Below are positions 1 through 12,315 of a DNA stretch of 64,000 nucleotides, one piece after another. Each line of letters opens with the position of its first letter. Within the stretch, counting starts at the first letter, position 1. Made by a program: the position numbers and the translations under genes. The stretch lies in contig OZ024742.1 in the NCBI GenBank assembly GCA_964016885.1, positions 215,760,001 through 215,824,000 on the forward strand, written 5' to 3'. This DNA is from Eledone cirrhosa. Its lineage: Eukaryota. The notes under the pieces are model-generated. The model was not told the origin of the DNA. It saw only the letters and a program-made list of their open reading frames with translations, and ran no database searches.

Positions 1-362
1 ATGGTCTTTTATTTCCGTTATACGATCTAGCCCTAGCTAGGATCTCCCAGTGTAACTTATATTGGGTGTGGTTGTCTTTTAGACTCCAGATATAAGCTGA
101 AAGTGACGTCATATTCCTTCTTGGTTTGCGCGTAATTGTTTTTCACCGCTCCTATTAATGACGTATTATTCGTTTTTTCCCCGTTCTTTGCCAGCGAACG
201 TTACCACGAACCAAAGTATTGTCTTCCTGTCTTCCTCCGGTTGCAACGTTTTTTGAAATATCCAGTTCTGCGTTTACAGATTGACTTTGTTAGTTTCAGA
301 AGATCCCGTTAAGGGTGAAAGCAGCGATTCTTTGCTTAAACTTTAATCTGTTATTTTAATAA
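1..362 (+). mobile_element. PLE pseudo-LTR fragment (family D, carries U4A hammerhead)
   Basis: Positions about 150-362 are clearly homologous to 40050-40262, and in reverse to 12146-12213. Ends in aataaa followed by (TA)n. Confidence 0.65.
292..342 (+). ncRNA. Type I hammerhead ribozyme motif, U4A core variant
   Basis: AGTTT-CAGAAGA-TCCCgttaaGGGT-GAAA-GCAgcgattcttTGCT-T-AAACT. Stem I is AGTTT/AAACT, with stems II and III present. Core reads CAGAAGA instead of CUGANGA. Confidence 0.6.
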
Positions 363-432
<70 letters not shown>

Positions 433-589
433 ATACTTTGGGAGGGTCATGTTGCCAATAAGAAACACACGCACCAGTAGCTTCACTTCAATTTATTATA
501 TATTTATAAATTTATAAATTTACAAATCTACAAACTTATAAATGTCTGGTTGCTTGGTTGGTTCTACAACCAGATAGTTGTTTATATAT

Positions 590-634
590 AGTCATAGTCC
601 TTTCGTCACACACTCTGTGACCTCTTCAGTGACT
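590..634 (-). ncRNA. Hammerhead ribozyme (inverted-arm copy of 1581-1625)
   Basis: Exact reverse complement of 1581-1625. Confidence 0.8.
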
Positions 635-796
635 GGGGATTCCTTTCTTCGTTTCTGTGCCTTTCCTTTCTTCTATCCTACGCCATTTTGTTTCTGTGTG
701 TGTGTTGTGTGCTCAGTTTGCGCATGCGCCACATCCGGGTGTCTGTGTGTGTTTGTGTTCATTTATCTATTTGTTTATTTATTTATTTATTTATTT

Positions 797-1284
797 AGAA
801 GGGCCCTAAATAAACATAATCTCAATATTAAGATAGTAGAAAGACCTGGTACCTCCGTAAAAACACTTATTAGCAAGACATACCCGTTCCAAAACCCTCA
901 TGTATAGATAAGAAATGTATAACCTGTAAAATAAGCCCCCATATTAACTGTAAAACTAGAAATGTAGTGTATAGCATAAGATGTACTGAAGGACAATGTA
1001 GAAACAAAAATATAGTGTACATAGGTGAGACAGCTCGTAGTATAGGGGAACGAATAAATGAACACTGGCGAGACCTCCAAGATAATAAAGAATCATGTGT
1101 GCTCTACCAACATGCTAAGATAGAACACAGGGGTAGATTAGAGAGCATAGAAATAAAAATAGAATCCACACACAGAAAAGACTCAATGTTTAGGCAAATT
1201 ACAGAGGCAGTAAGCATAAAAGAATTAAAACCAAAATTAAATAGAAAATATGAGTGGAACAGCAACATCACAACTTACAATTAA
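797..1284 (+). pseudogene. PLE C-terminal Cys-rich linker plus GIY-YIG endonuclease fragment (Neptune/Nematis-like)
   Basis: KIVERPGTSVKTLISKTYPFQ, a frameshift near 893, then PSCIDKKCITCK...NCKTRNVVYSIRC...IVYIGETARSIGERINEH...RQITEAVSIKELKPKLNRKYEW. Confidence 0.85.
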
Positions 1285-1580
1285 AGACAAAATGAAAACA
1301 CACACACACATAGAACAAACAACTTACAATTAAGGACAAAATGAAAACACACACAAAATGAAAACACACACAGGACAAAATGAAAACACACACACACATA
1401 GAACAAACAACCAACCAACAATAATTAAATAAATAAATAAACAAATAGATAAATGAACACAAACACACACAGACACCCGGATGTGGCGCATGCGCAAACT
1501 GAGCACACAACACACACACAGAAACAAAATGGCGTAGGATAGAAGAAAGGAAAGGCACAGAAACGAAGAAAGGAATCCCC

Positions 1581-1625
1581 AGTCACTGAAGAGGTCACAG
1601 AGTGTGTGACGAAAGGACTATGACT
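1581..1625 (+). ncRNA. Minimal type I hammerhead ribozyme
   Basis: AGTCA-CTGAAGA-gGTCACAgagtgTGTGAC-GAAA-GgaCT-A-TGACT. Intact core, 5-bp stem I, 6-bp stem II, very short stem III. Confidence 0.8.
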
Positions 1626-1844
1626 ATATATAAACAACTATCTGGTTGTAGAACCAACCAACCAACCAGAAATTTATAAGTTTGTAGATTTGTAAATTTA
1701 TAAATTTATAAATATATAATAAATTGAAGTGAAGCAACTGGTGCGTGTGTTTCTTATTGGCAACATGACCCTCCCAAAGTATAACAATATCGGTTTCAAC
1801 ACACGATTTCAGATAAAGAATCTTGCTAAACAAATTCAGAAACG

Positions 1845-1923
<79 letters not shown>

Positions 1924-2081
1924 AGTGCATGTGTGTGTGTTTTGTGTTTGTGTATTGTGTATATGTATATGTACTTTGACATTACATATCATTTACATGT
2001 TGACTGGCCATTATACCAATACACAAATGCACGCGTTTATACATGAACTTACATATGCATATATTCATGCATATACACATA

Positions 2082-2121
<40 letters not shown>

Positions 2122-2214
2122 AAAACATACATATCGAACGTAAAATGAGAGTGACAGAGAGTGAGAGAAAGAAAGAGAGAGAGAGAGGGGAAATAGAGAG
2201 AGATAGAGAGAGAA

Positions 2215-2331
<117 letters not shown>

Positions 2332-3605
2332 GCATATATGATATTAGCAATGCGTTAGTTGGTGTCGCGATAATATATTGAATGGTAAGTGAGACGATAT
2401 CGTTAAGATTGTTTCTGATAACATAATCCGAAATTGGAAATATATATTATCACCATCACCGTCCGGTCCTTTAAGAACATTTCACCTTTATAAACCTCTT
2501 TGATAACACTTTATTATATAACGTATGGCATTGAGATATTGTCATATTCCAATATATAACCTTATCTAAATTGCTTTACTATAACATTCAATAACCATAA
2601 TTAATATCTCCTATTGAAATATGAGTGCCTTCAATTATAACTGATTTTCATGTCGAATCAAGAATCTGGCCATGTTGGATTTTTTTTTATTAATATCTGT
2701 GTATTTCAGTTACATTGCCGATAATTCTCGAAATGTTCTGAAAATTACAATTACTAAATCCTCTCTTATACATAGCTTTATGTTTCTTTCATTTATTTAT
2801 TTATTTATTCAAATTATTCTATTTTTTATTAAAGGAAATATATATTCACATTGGAAATCTATTCAGATGCTTTAAACATAACATGTAATATTGTGATGTC
2901 TAATGAGTTGTGTATATTCTATATAGTTTAATAAAGAAAAAAAAAGGAAAGACATTGTCCCTAAGAATGTTCAGGGCCGTCGAAACTGTTTGGGCCACAT
3001 GGAAAAGAATCTCAAAGTGAAGTATGAATCAAATGCTTTCATGAGAAAGGAAGCTAAGGCGCCCGAAAACCAGATGCTGGTGTTACATTGTCTAAAATGT
3101 TGAGTGCTTAATTATGAAATAAGCAATTATTATATTTCCTCATTGAATAAATAATCATAAATGGAGACAATTTGTTAAACTCTGACCTCAGCATGACCTT
3201 ATTCACATTATGTGCATTGGTAAATAAATTATTAAGATTTTGATACAGAGGTGTCCTGTCACTGTGTAGTTGTTTACTGATTATAATTTGGGGTTTCTAA
3301 TGTTTATAATATCAATACTAATATATATAGATATATATAAGAGTGTGTGTGTGTGTGTCTGTCTGTCCGCCCGCGTTTGTGTTTGCGCAAGGGAGCGTGT
3401 GTGTTTGCGTGTATTTATTTGGTTTCAATGTTTATTCCAGCTGTATGACGAAGGGAATATCCTGCTGGTGAAATTAACATATAAATCATTGAACATACCT
3501 CAGACATGTGTCCCCTTAACACATTACTACCATTTTGAATGCTAATCCAAATATTGAAATCAATTTATTTGAAAATATGCTGTCCTAAAATCTATGGATT
3601 TTTGC

Positions 3606-3833
3606 TTAACCTTTAGCATTTAAACCGGCTGTATCCGGCCAGAATTCTCTCACCTCTTTCTGTTGAAACCGACCATAACCTGCCAGTCATACTGATGTTA
3701 AGATATTGTTCTCAAAATAAATAATATCAAAATGTCATAGCTTCGATATTATGTGAGATAATTACGAAAGGTAAAGCCGTTACCACAGAAATACAATATT
3801 ATGTATAGAGTAATGTAAATGCTAAAGGGTTAA
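3606..3833. mobile_element. MITE with piggyBac-like ends
   Basis: TTAA-CCTTTAGCATTTA ... TAAATGCTAAAGGG-TTAA: terminal inverted repeats flanked by TTAA. Confidence 0.7.
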
Positions 3834-6781
3834 GTTAAAAATAAACATTTGTAAAGTTGGCCCTAGTGCAATACCTGAGGCAGATTAAAATCATTCTGCA
3901 TTTGAATTTGTTGTCATGTGTATCTTTATCATGAAAGAGTATACAGTGAACGCAACTCAAACGTTTCTATGGATGTTCACTGAATTATTCTACCGAATGT
4001 AGGATTTAAACTTTATGCAACTGTTTTTATTTAAAACTGCTTTTTACTTGCATTACGAAATAGTTTAACTTAAATGAAATAAAACTTCTGACAGTTATGT
4101 ATATTACTGACCAGACCAATGTAAGCCACTAAGATACATTTAATTGTAGATTGAAAGCAGCTATTTAACTCAACTTTTATTTTAAAAGTTAGGAACATAT
4201 TTTGCGTGGCAGATCAAAGGGAAATATCTTATGTCATTTTATGATGCACTTTTTCTCATAGAACATTAAATGTTATATATCGTAGTTCATAATTGTTCTA
4301 TTAGATTTGAAGACTGAAGCTTTATATAGATTTTCTAATTTCTAGCAAGTACCCTGGGTTTAGATTGAAGCTACAGATATCCTTATTCTCGAAATTAGGT
4401 TATCAACGGTTGCCGAAATGGTGATAATTATCAAAGAGCTGTTCATACGTAGAGTTAATTATAAAATGTATAAAGGAGTTAAAATATGGAACGTTCTGTA
4501 GTCTAATGTATCCATTTATCGTTTATAGGCTTTTCCTGTGGCATGAACCACTATATCTTTCTAGAAATTATACTCGACACGGTGAAAATGAATGTTTAAT
4601 AATAGTTCGTTTCAGTTAATGTAAATAATTTTACTTTCTACGAATTTTGAACATGGCTTGATTGTAAAAGTATATTCAGACGATCATCACACTTTTTCTC
4701 CATATTGGTTCTATTCCACCCCATATTCTAAAATTTCCCAGTTTGACATTTCTAGCCATAGCAGAAATCGTTAATTAGATGCGTTTAGTATTTATACTCT
4801 ATCTAAATTGTCAATCTAAATTGCTACACTCGATAGAATTCCTGCAGTTTGTAAATGTCGGATAAATATTTACTACTCTCTTATGTAATATCCCTCAATT
4901 TATAAAGCTATACCGTAATTCTCAACTGATTCCATCGTAATAACATTTACAACGGGTTAAAATGAAACATGAGGCTGAGCTGAATGTTTAAATTGTATGA
5001 TATTATATCTAAACATTATAACTATGATTTTGTAGTAGAAATTATACATTTTTGCCAATCTTATACTGACAGACAAGAGATAATCGCATCAATTATCATG
5101 TAATCTCAAAGTAATAAGCAGGTGTTGCTCAAAATCTTAATTCAACATAGTTGATAAGGTGTCAGTCTCCACTGAATGGGAAAAGGAGAAAAAGATCTGA
5201 AAATGTCAAACAGGATTTTCATTTCTCTTGTTTTTTTTCCTTTGTTAATCTACTCCTAATTAGTGAATTGATTGAAATGATCATGATGATCATAGCTGAA
5301 AGCAAACAGATGAAGGTGAAAAATGTAAATGCAATATTCTGTTCAGAGGACGTAGAAACAAACTAGCCTTTAAGGCCAGACTAAATCTAAGATTGTGTTT
5401 TGAATAGAGCGTCCATATGTTCTTGTGAGATTGTCAGATAAAACTAAATGTATTGTACCTAAAATAAATATTTAAATAAATAAGCTTCATTTTTTTTTTT
5501 GTATTTTTTGTCTTATTTTCAAAGTTTCCATTTTTAAAAATACACGATTAGTTTATCAAATATCACTTATAAACAAACAACAGATTTGACATAATTTTCA
5601 AAATGGAATAAATATCCCTTCAGATATTTATATATGTATTAACCATACTATCAGATGTGGGTGTACGGTGATTCATTGATGTCACTTCTTTCCCATTCTA
5701 TTCCTGTTTGAAATGATCCTAAAACTGATCGGCATTAGAAAAGCTAATCTAAATCAGTTTACTTTTAATAGAAATCCATATATTTTTCGTAGGAATTAGA
5801 TATTGCCTCTGATCAACACAACGCATATATTTAAGGATCGTTGAATGCAACCAGAGAGAGAGAGAACAACACAATACCTATTTCCTGAAATTATCCAATA
5901 TTTTAGAACAATTAAAGTACATATAATGGGAATGGGCCTTGTCTATATGTCACCTGTGGAGATCAAATAAGATAGAAACATTAGTTTTCAATATACTGGC
6001 ATATATATCAGGTCAAACTGCACTGTTCGAAGCGACTTAGATCAAAACAGTATCTATAGCTTCTCTTCTCTGCTTGCCTCTCTTCACATGCACAACTCTA
6101 TATAGCGAATCTCAGTCTTGAAATGGCGAAGATATTCTCAGTTTATTGAGTAAGATTCTATTTATATGTATATACTTTATGCAGAGCATGCTCGAAAATG
6201 ACCATAGTTTGATAAATGTCTTCGATAAATTATACTTCCAGTTTCAAAATCATTTGAAGTGGGGCTATAATTCTTTTCATGTAAATGTAGCATTCATTAG
6301 TTTCGTTTCGACTATGCTCAAATCGCCTTTTCTTTATAGATGAGGAAAAATGAAATTCGGATAGGTCTTTCCGAATTTTATTGGCAGTATAAAATTGAAA
6401 ACAATGCGCGGTTTCTCCTCACCATACGACAGTATTAAGGCCAACACAGTATTATTTTCTAATTATGAAATAGTAGAATAAACTCTTTCTTGTGTGCATA
6501 TTTTGTGTACTTAATATATTTTAGTTCTTGTTCAAATGAAGTGTGAGCATGTTTGTGACATTTAAACTAAGGATTTATCGATTTTCTATTAAAGAATGTG
6601 ATGTTTTGTAATGCAGGTTGACTCAACACAAATTAATACTCACTATACTGATTTTAAATAAATATCATAATATATCTTCTCCGTTTGCCTGCACTATCAG
6701 TCCTTATGCTAAGTATGTAAATTTTGAAAACTAAAACAAAGTATACGCGTCTTAGTAGATTTTATTATCTATTAGACGTTT

Positions 6782-6970
6782 GGGCGGTGGATTGGCAGTA
6801 TCGGTAGAGGGTCGGACGCCATGCTTTGACGCAGGGAATTACGGCCCTTGCCATTCTGAGTTCAAATCCCGCCGAGGTTAACTTTGCCTTTCATTCTTAC
6901 GGGGTCGATAAAATAAAGTACCAGTAATGCACTGGGTAATTGCTGGCCTTGTGCCAAATGTAGAAACAAT
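6782..6970 (+). mobile_element. tRNA-derived SINE (short subtype)
   Basis: A box TGGCAGTATCGG and B box GAGTTCAAATCC. Conserved body GAGGTTAACTTTGCCTTTCAT...GGGGTCGATAAAATAAAGTACCAG (resembles the Nin/Deu domain). Tail GGCCTTGTGCC...GAAACAATTAT. 13 copies in the window. Confidence 0.9.
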
Positions 6971-6988
6971 TATCTATTAGACGTTTGA

Positions 6989-7206
6989 GGGCTGTAGATT
7001 GGCAGTATCGGTAGAGAGTCGGATACCATGCGTTGCAGCATAGAGTTACGGCCCTTTATGATCTGAGTCAAATTCCCGCCGAGGTTAACTTTGCCTTTCA
7101 TCCTTACGAGCTCGATAAAATAAAGTACCAGTCAGGCACTGGAGTCGATTTAATCGACTTTCCACTCCCCCAGAATTGCTGGCCTTGTGCCTATATAAGA
7201 AACCAT
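6989..7206 (+). mobile_element. tRNA-derived SINE (long subtype)
   Basis: Same family, with an extra segment GTCGATTTAATCGACTTTCCACTCCCCCAG before the tail. Confidence 0.9.
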
Positions 7207-7224
7207 TATCTATTAGACGTTTGA

Positions 7225-7442
7225 GGGTGGTGGATTGGCAGTATCGGTAGAGCGTTGGATGACATACTTTGCAGCTTAGAGTTACGCCCCTTTATGATCT
7301 GAGTTCAAATCTCACGGATGTCAAATATGCCTTTCATTCTTACGGGGTCGATAAAATAAATTACCAGTCACGCACTGGGGGCGATATGATCGACTTTCCC
7401 CTCCCCCAAAATGGATGACCTTGTGCTTATATAAGAAACCAT
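7225..7442 (+). mobile_element. tRNA-derived SINE (long subtype)
   Basis: Third adjacent copy, more diverged than the other two. Confidence 0.85.
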
Positions 7443-8693
7443 TATCTATTAAAACGTTTGCTTACGTATATCAAATGAGGTTTCTATCTCATCATATATC
7501 AGCATTAATATCTAATATTTCGGAGAGGAGAATGGTGTTCTTCTGTACTCAGTAATAAAGTAACGCCTTTCAGCTATTTCTGTTTGGAACAGTCTATCAT
7601 ATCTTATATGATTACGATGATAAGTATACACCTCCCTGGAGTGGGATTCATTTAATCTGTTCATAAATATAGTTTGTATTATATATCGCCATTCATGTAT
7701 TCTTCAATCTCATAAACGTCTTTGTTAGAGTTAAAATAATGTGTTTGACGGTGTATATAAGGTATACATATGGAATATTCCCGACAATTTATACTCAATT
7801 TGGTAACAACCATCAAAACGTACAGCGCTAATTGGCAGGTAATGACACAAGCTGGAATGTTCATGTGCTCCGACTACGATTTCATAGGCCCCATAATTAA
7901 TTAATGCAGCTCTGCATGTTCACGTTTAGGTAAACTTTCTACCAATGACAAAGTATACCTGTGCCAGTCAAGTTTATTGTTCCATTGGAATATTAAGACA
8001 AACATTTAGTTGCAGCTTTTAGTCAGGAATGAAATTCTTCATGCAAAAGCTTGGCTTTTTATTCATCTATTTAAAAACTTTAAAAATTACTTTTAAATAT
8101 TTCCTTGCATTAAAATTCCCCACTCTCTTAGGCAAAACAATCACCTTAAATGTTTGCGTTCCATTTCCTTTCAAATAACTTAATTACATACAAAAAATAC
8201 CTTTTGGTGGGTTATCAAAACATTATATTTATCATTAATCCTTTGTTACACGTAACGGATATACTCGAAAGGAACAGCAGGTTCAATTGGCATTAAAAAT
8301 CAGCTTTAGTATATGATTCATATACAAATGAATATTCAGATACACACATACCCAGCAGGGAATAAAACTAAAAGCATAATATTCCACATGTATCAACAGA
8401 AGTTAAAAGAGCTGATAGTGGGATTTGGCTTTCAATCATGTGGATTTCTTAAAAGTATTTTATGTATAATTCAAGCTTTTGTAAATAAAATCGTATTGGT
8501 TTTGTTAATTATTCTAATAAAAGTTTCGTGAAAAGTTACAATATAAAGAAAATAAATGATTGGATATAACAGAGAAGATGTGTATACAAATACAAACATA
8601 CTCATTATTTCGGTTATTAATCGAAATTCGAAGAGGACATGTATTTCTTAATGCTGAAGTGTTATTATTAAGTTCTATTATAAGCATAGAAAA

Positions 8694-8881
8694 GGCAACG
8701 GGCTGGCAGTATCGGTAGAGAGTGGGACACTATGCTTCGTGGCATAGATGTATGTCTCATTTCGATCTGAGTTCAAGTACCGCCGAGGTTAGCGTTGCCT
8801 ATCATCCTTAAAATAAAGATCCAGTAATGCACTGGGTTGATTTAATCGACTTTCCCCTCTCCCACAATTGGTGGCGTTGTT
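8694..8881 (+). mobile_element. tRNA-derived SINE (long subtype, 3' truncated)
   Basis: TGGCAGTATCGGTAGAG...GAGTTCAAGTACCGCCGAGGTT...TTGATTTAATCGACTTTCCCCTCTCCC. Confidence 0.8.
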
Positions 8882-8949
8882 GGAGGCATGGGTATGGGAT
8901 GGTGGTGGTGGTAGCAATACAGATTTAGACATGCTAGCATATGATTGTT

Positions 8950-9750
8950 ATTCGCATGTGTCTCTTTTATTGCCTTCTGGTTGTCCTCTCTATCCCCAAA
9001 TTTCAAACCTTACACAGCAATCGCTGACTGGTAGCTCATTGTGTCAGATCTTGCACAGCTTCAAAGAACTCTTTACTTGATATTCATATTAGAGATTACG
9101 TCTCTGCAAGGAATTATCCACTATTGTGTAGCTAGACGTGTACTATTATTTAAAGCAGTCAGAATGAAAGCATATTTAGCACGTGCCCAGATCAACGCTG
9201 GCAATATGTCGTAATGTTCTCGAGATATTCAATAGTTTTCTTTGCAAGTATTTCTGTGTGTGGCACAGGAATAAGCCAGTTAATTCCAATGATGCACATT
9301 TTAAGGACATAATGTGATAACTGTAAACACCTCAAATGTTACATATGTATCGACATAACGAGGTTGATGTTAATAAATTCAAAAGACATCCAAGCCTGGG
9401 AGAACGTCCTTCGTACAGTGCAAAATGCTTTGGAAATTTACAAAAAGCTCTAATACATTACTATCTTGATATCAGCATATCTGCTGAAGTCAGCTAATTG
9501 TAAATTCAACCATATCTACTAAGCTCTTGTTATTCCTCAATCTTTACTGTGATTCAGACACCATAGGAACCGTGATCAAGAATGTGTGACAACACACTTA
9601 TAATATAAAAGATGCCTACTCGACATTGTCTATATTTCGATGAATCTTGCTTCTATCTATTTCAGTGGGAAGGAAGCTCTACTCAGTCAAGGCCGCGATT
9701 CATATATATATATAGAATGCACGTGAATATGACCAGTCTCTCAAGAAGTA
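8950..9750 (-). mobile_element. Highly degraded RTE-like LINE 3' remnant
   Basis: The minus strand retains GHVL (about 9175-9190, cf. the LRWAGHV motif) and a downstream GRP-like basic patch. No open frame. Confidence 0.3.
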
Positions 9751-11768
9751 TCTCAGCATAAATGTTACAGTTGCTGAGTCGGGTTTGTTTGGTTTTGTTT
9801 TTTTCTCAGTAAAATGACTATTTTTTTAAAAACAATCACTCATTAACAACACACTGGTTATTTTTCTTCAGAGAAAGAAAAGTAGATAAAAACCCCAGGT
9901 AGTTAGGCATTTGAATGAGGTAATGAATGGGAGGACATTCATTTATTTCATCAAGAGTCGTCATACCCTACTTCAATACCTCGATTTAATAGAGGTTTAA
10001 ATATTTAGGCAACCTGACACAGATGCGATTTTGTGCCTTCGGATGTTTTAAAAGTAAATAATTCAGTTGATTTTTTTTATCTATCTCGTATGTATGGTCA
10101 GTATCCTTTTAAACATTTTCTTTGAAATTTATCTGTTCATAGAATGAAGGGCTTCTCAAAAGTGGCCGGCATGTTTGGTATTACGTGTCAGCAAGTACAC
10201 CGAAACATGTCTGCATCGTCATAATACTTATTATTATGACTGATTAATTAGGTTACGGCTTAATACAGTGCAGGGTTCATGTTAGACCAGTGTTGTTCCA
10301 GAGCCAATTCAGGGTTAAAATCTAGCTCCCATAGTTTATTAGCTATGAAACATCAGTGCTCTCCTCTAGCCTCCCTGGTCTTAGCTGTTCAATTTCATTT
10401 TCTCTGGCTATTTGCAGCCCGAAGAGATTATGTTCTTTTCCATATTGTTTGGCGACAATAATCTATGCACTATATGGCTTGCACGAGGAGTACATACTGC
10501 ATGTGATGATAACTGAAGAATTTATATTTAATTATGTACAAATGTTTAGAATGTGCTCCCTTCTACGGGGTTTTGTTGTTTGTCTTCTATTGGTAGATTA
10601 TATTTATAGAAAGGTTATGCTCCACACATAGAATATATAGCATCATACCTTCTCTTGCCAATGCAATATGCGCCTTGTACTTCATTTCATATCACGTTGT
10701 TTGTCATGTGAAGTGCCAAATCATGAGGGTCTTTCATGCCATATTGTCCGCTATATAGCTTAATCCAATACCAATTACAATTGATTCCTTGGATCGTTCC
10801 GAGGCTATGATAAAAATATAATTTAGCCAAACTGCCACGTAATGTGATTAAACAGTATACTGTATGATTAAAAGGCGATATTTATACCTGTTCATGTAAT
10901 ACTATTAGCTAACCCTAGGTAAACTGACATAATTTACAAATACAACACAAACCGCTCTCATTTAAGTAGGAATTGATGATCTTTTAGACAAGTATTCAGT
11001 AACTATATTTGTTCTGCCATTACAATGTTAAATTGTTTAAAAATGGGAAAGCAAAGTGCTTAATATCAATCAACATAATTCCCTGCATTGCGGTACATTG
11101 TTTCACACACACTAAGTCCGCTTCTAAGATACATTGTCTTTTCTTCTAAGGCTTAGAATCTAAGCCAAGATTTGTCGTATATTTATTGTGTCAAAATATG
11201 ATCCTTCTATGTAACATGCACCATGTTGCACCGACACGTTTGACGAAATATATTCAGCCTTTCATTATCGCTTTTGTATAAATCCTATATTAAAATCACA
11301 CATGAGAATAGACATGTCGATTGAACTGCAATTGTAAATGTCATACTCGTGGTGTCTTCTTCACTGTCCAGTAAAATACAATGATAGTTATGTTGATATG
11401 ATGGATGTATGTTAGCAGTTTCAGTAATTTAAGACTGAACCGTGTTAAAATTCATTTGATCGTTAGACGTTATCTAAATAAAGATAAACTACAGAGCCAT
11501 TTATTCAAATTATGGATCATTGTTACGGCTCTGTGTTATATAACGATTTTATCACATGTTACACTCAAAGGGACGCCATCCAGATTGACTGGTGCTCTTA
11601 TCCACAATTATTACAAATGTGTACTTTTCTCTATAGTTACTTATGTTTAACCGTTGATCTCTTTAAATATACATTGGATTATTGACACGCAAAGTCACAC
11701 ACACATAGTCCACACGCACACACATACATATATAACACGCTCGCGCACACAAACACACACACGCAGAG

Positions 11769-12121
<353 letters not shown>

Positions 12122-12166
12122 AATATATATATATATATATATATATTTATTAAAATAACAGATTAA

Positions 12167-12213
12167 AGTTTAAGCAACGAATCGTTGCTTTCACCCTTAA
12201 GGAGATCTTCTGA
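12167..12213 (-). ncRNA. 5'-truncated U4A hammerhead motif (family D)
   Basis: CAGAAGA-TCTCCTTAAGGGT-GAAA-GCAACGA-T-TCGTTGCT-T-AAACT. Stem III is a near-perfect palindrome. Confidence 0.55.
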
Positions 12214-12258
12214 TATATATTTATCCTTATCGAGCCCTCTTCGGATTTTAGTCTTCAC

Positions 12259-12303
<45 letters not shown>

Positions 12304-12315
12304 ATATATATATAT

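Larger units (their letters stand above)
427..1847 (+). mobile_element. 5'-truncated Penelope-like element with inverted pLTR (family A), inserted in (TA)n
   Basis: 427-796 is the near-identical reverse complement of about 1425-1790. The arms enclose a GIY-YIG endonuclease fragment. There is an HHR in each arm and (TA)n on both sides. Confidence 0.9.

Noticed and set aside
6782-6875. tRNA gene
   Set aside because: A and B boxes are present, but this is the head of a multi-copy SINE and no convincing cloverleaf was seen.
6764-7460. Repeat-spacer pattern resembling a CRISPR array
   Set aside because: The spacers are homologous SINEs of about 200 bp, the context is eukaryotic and there are no cas genes.
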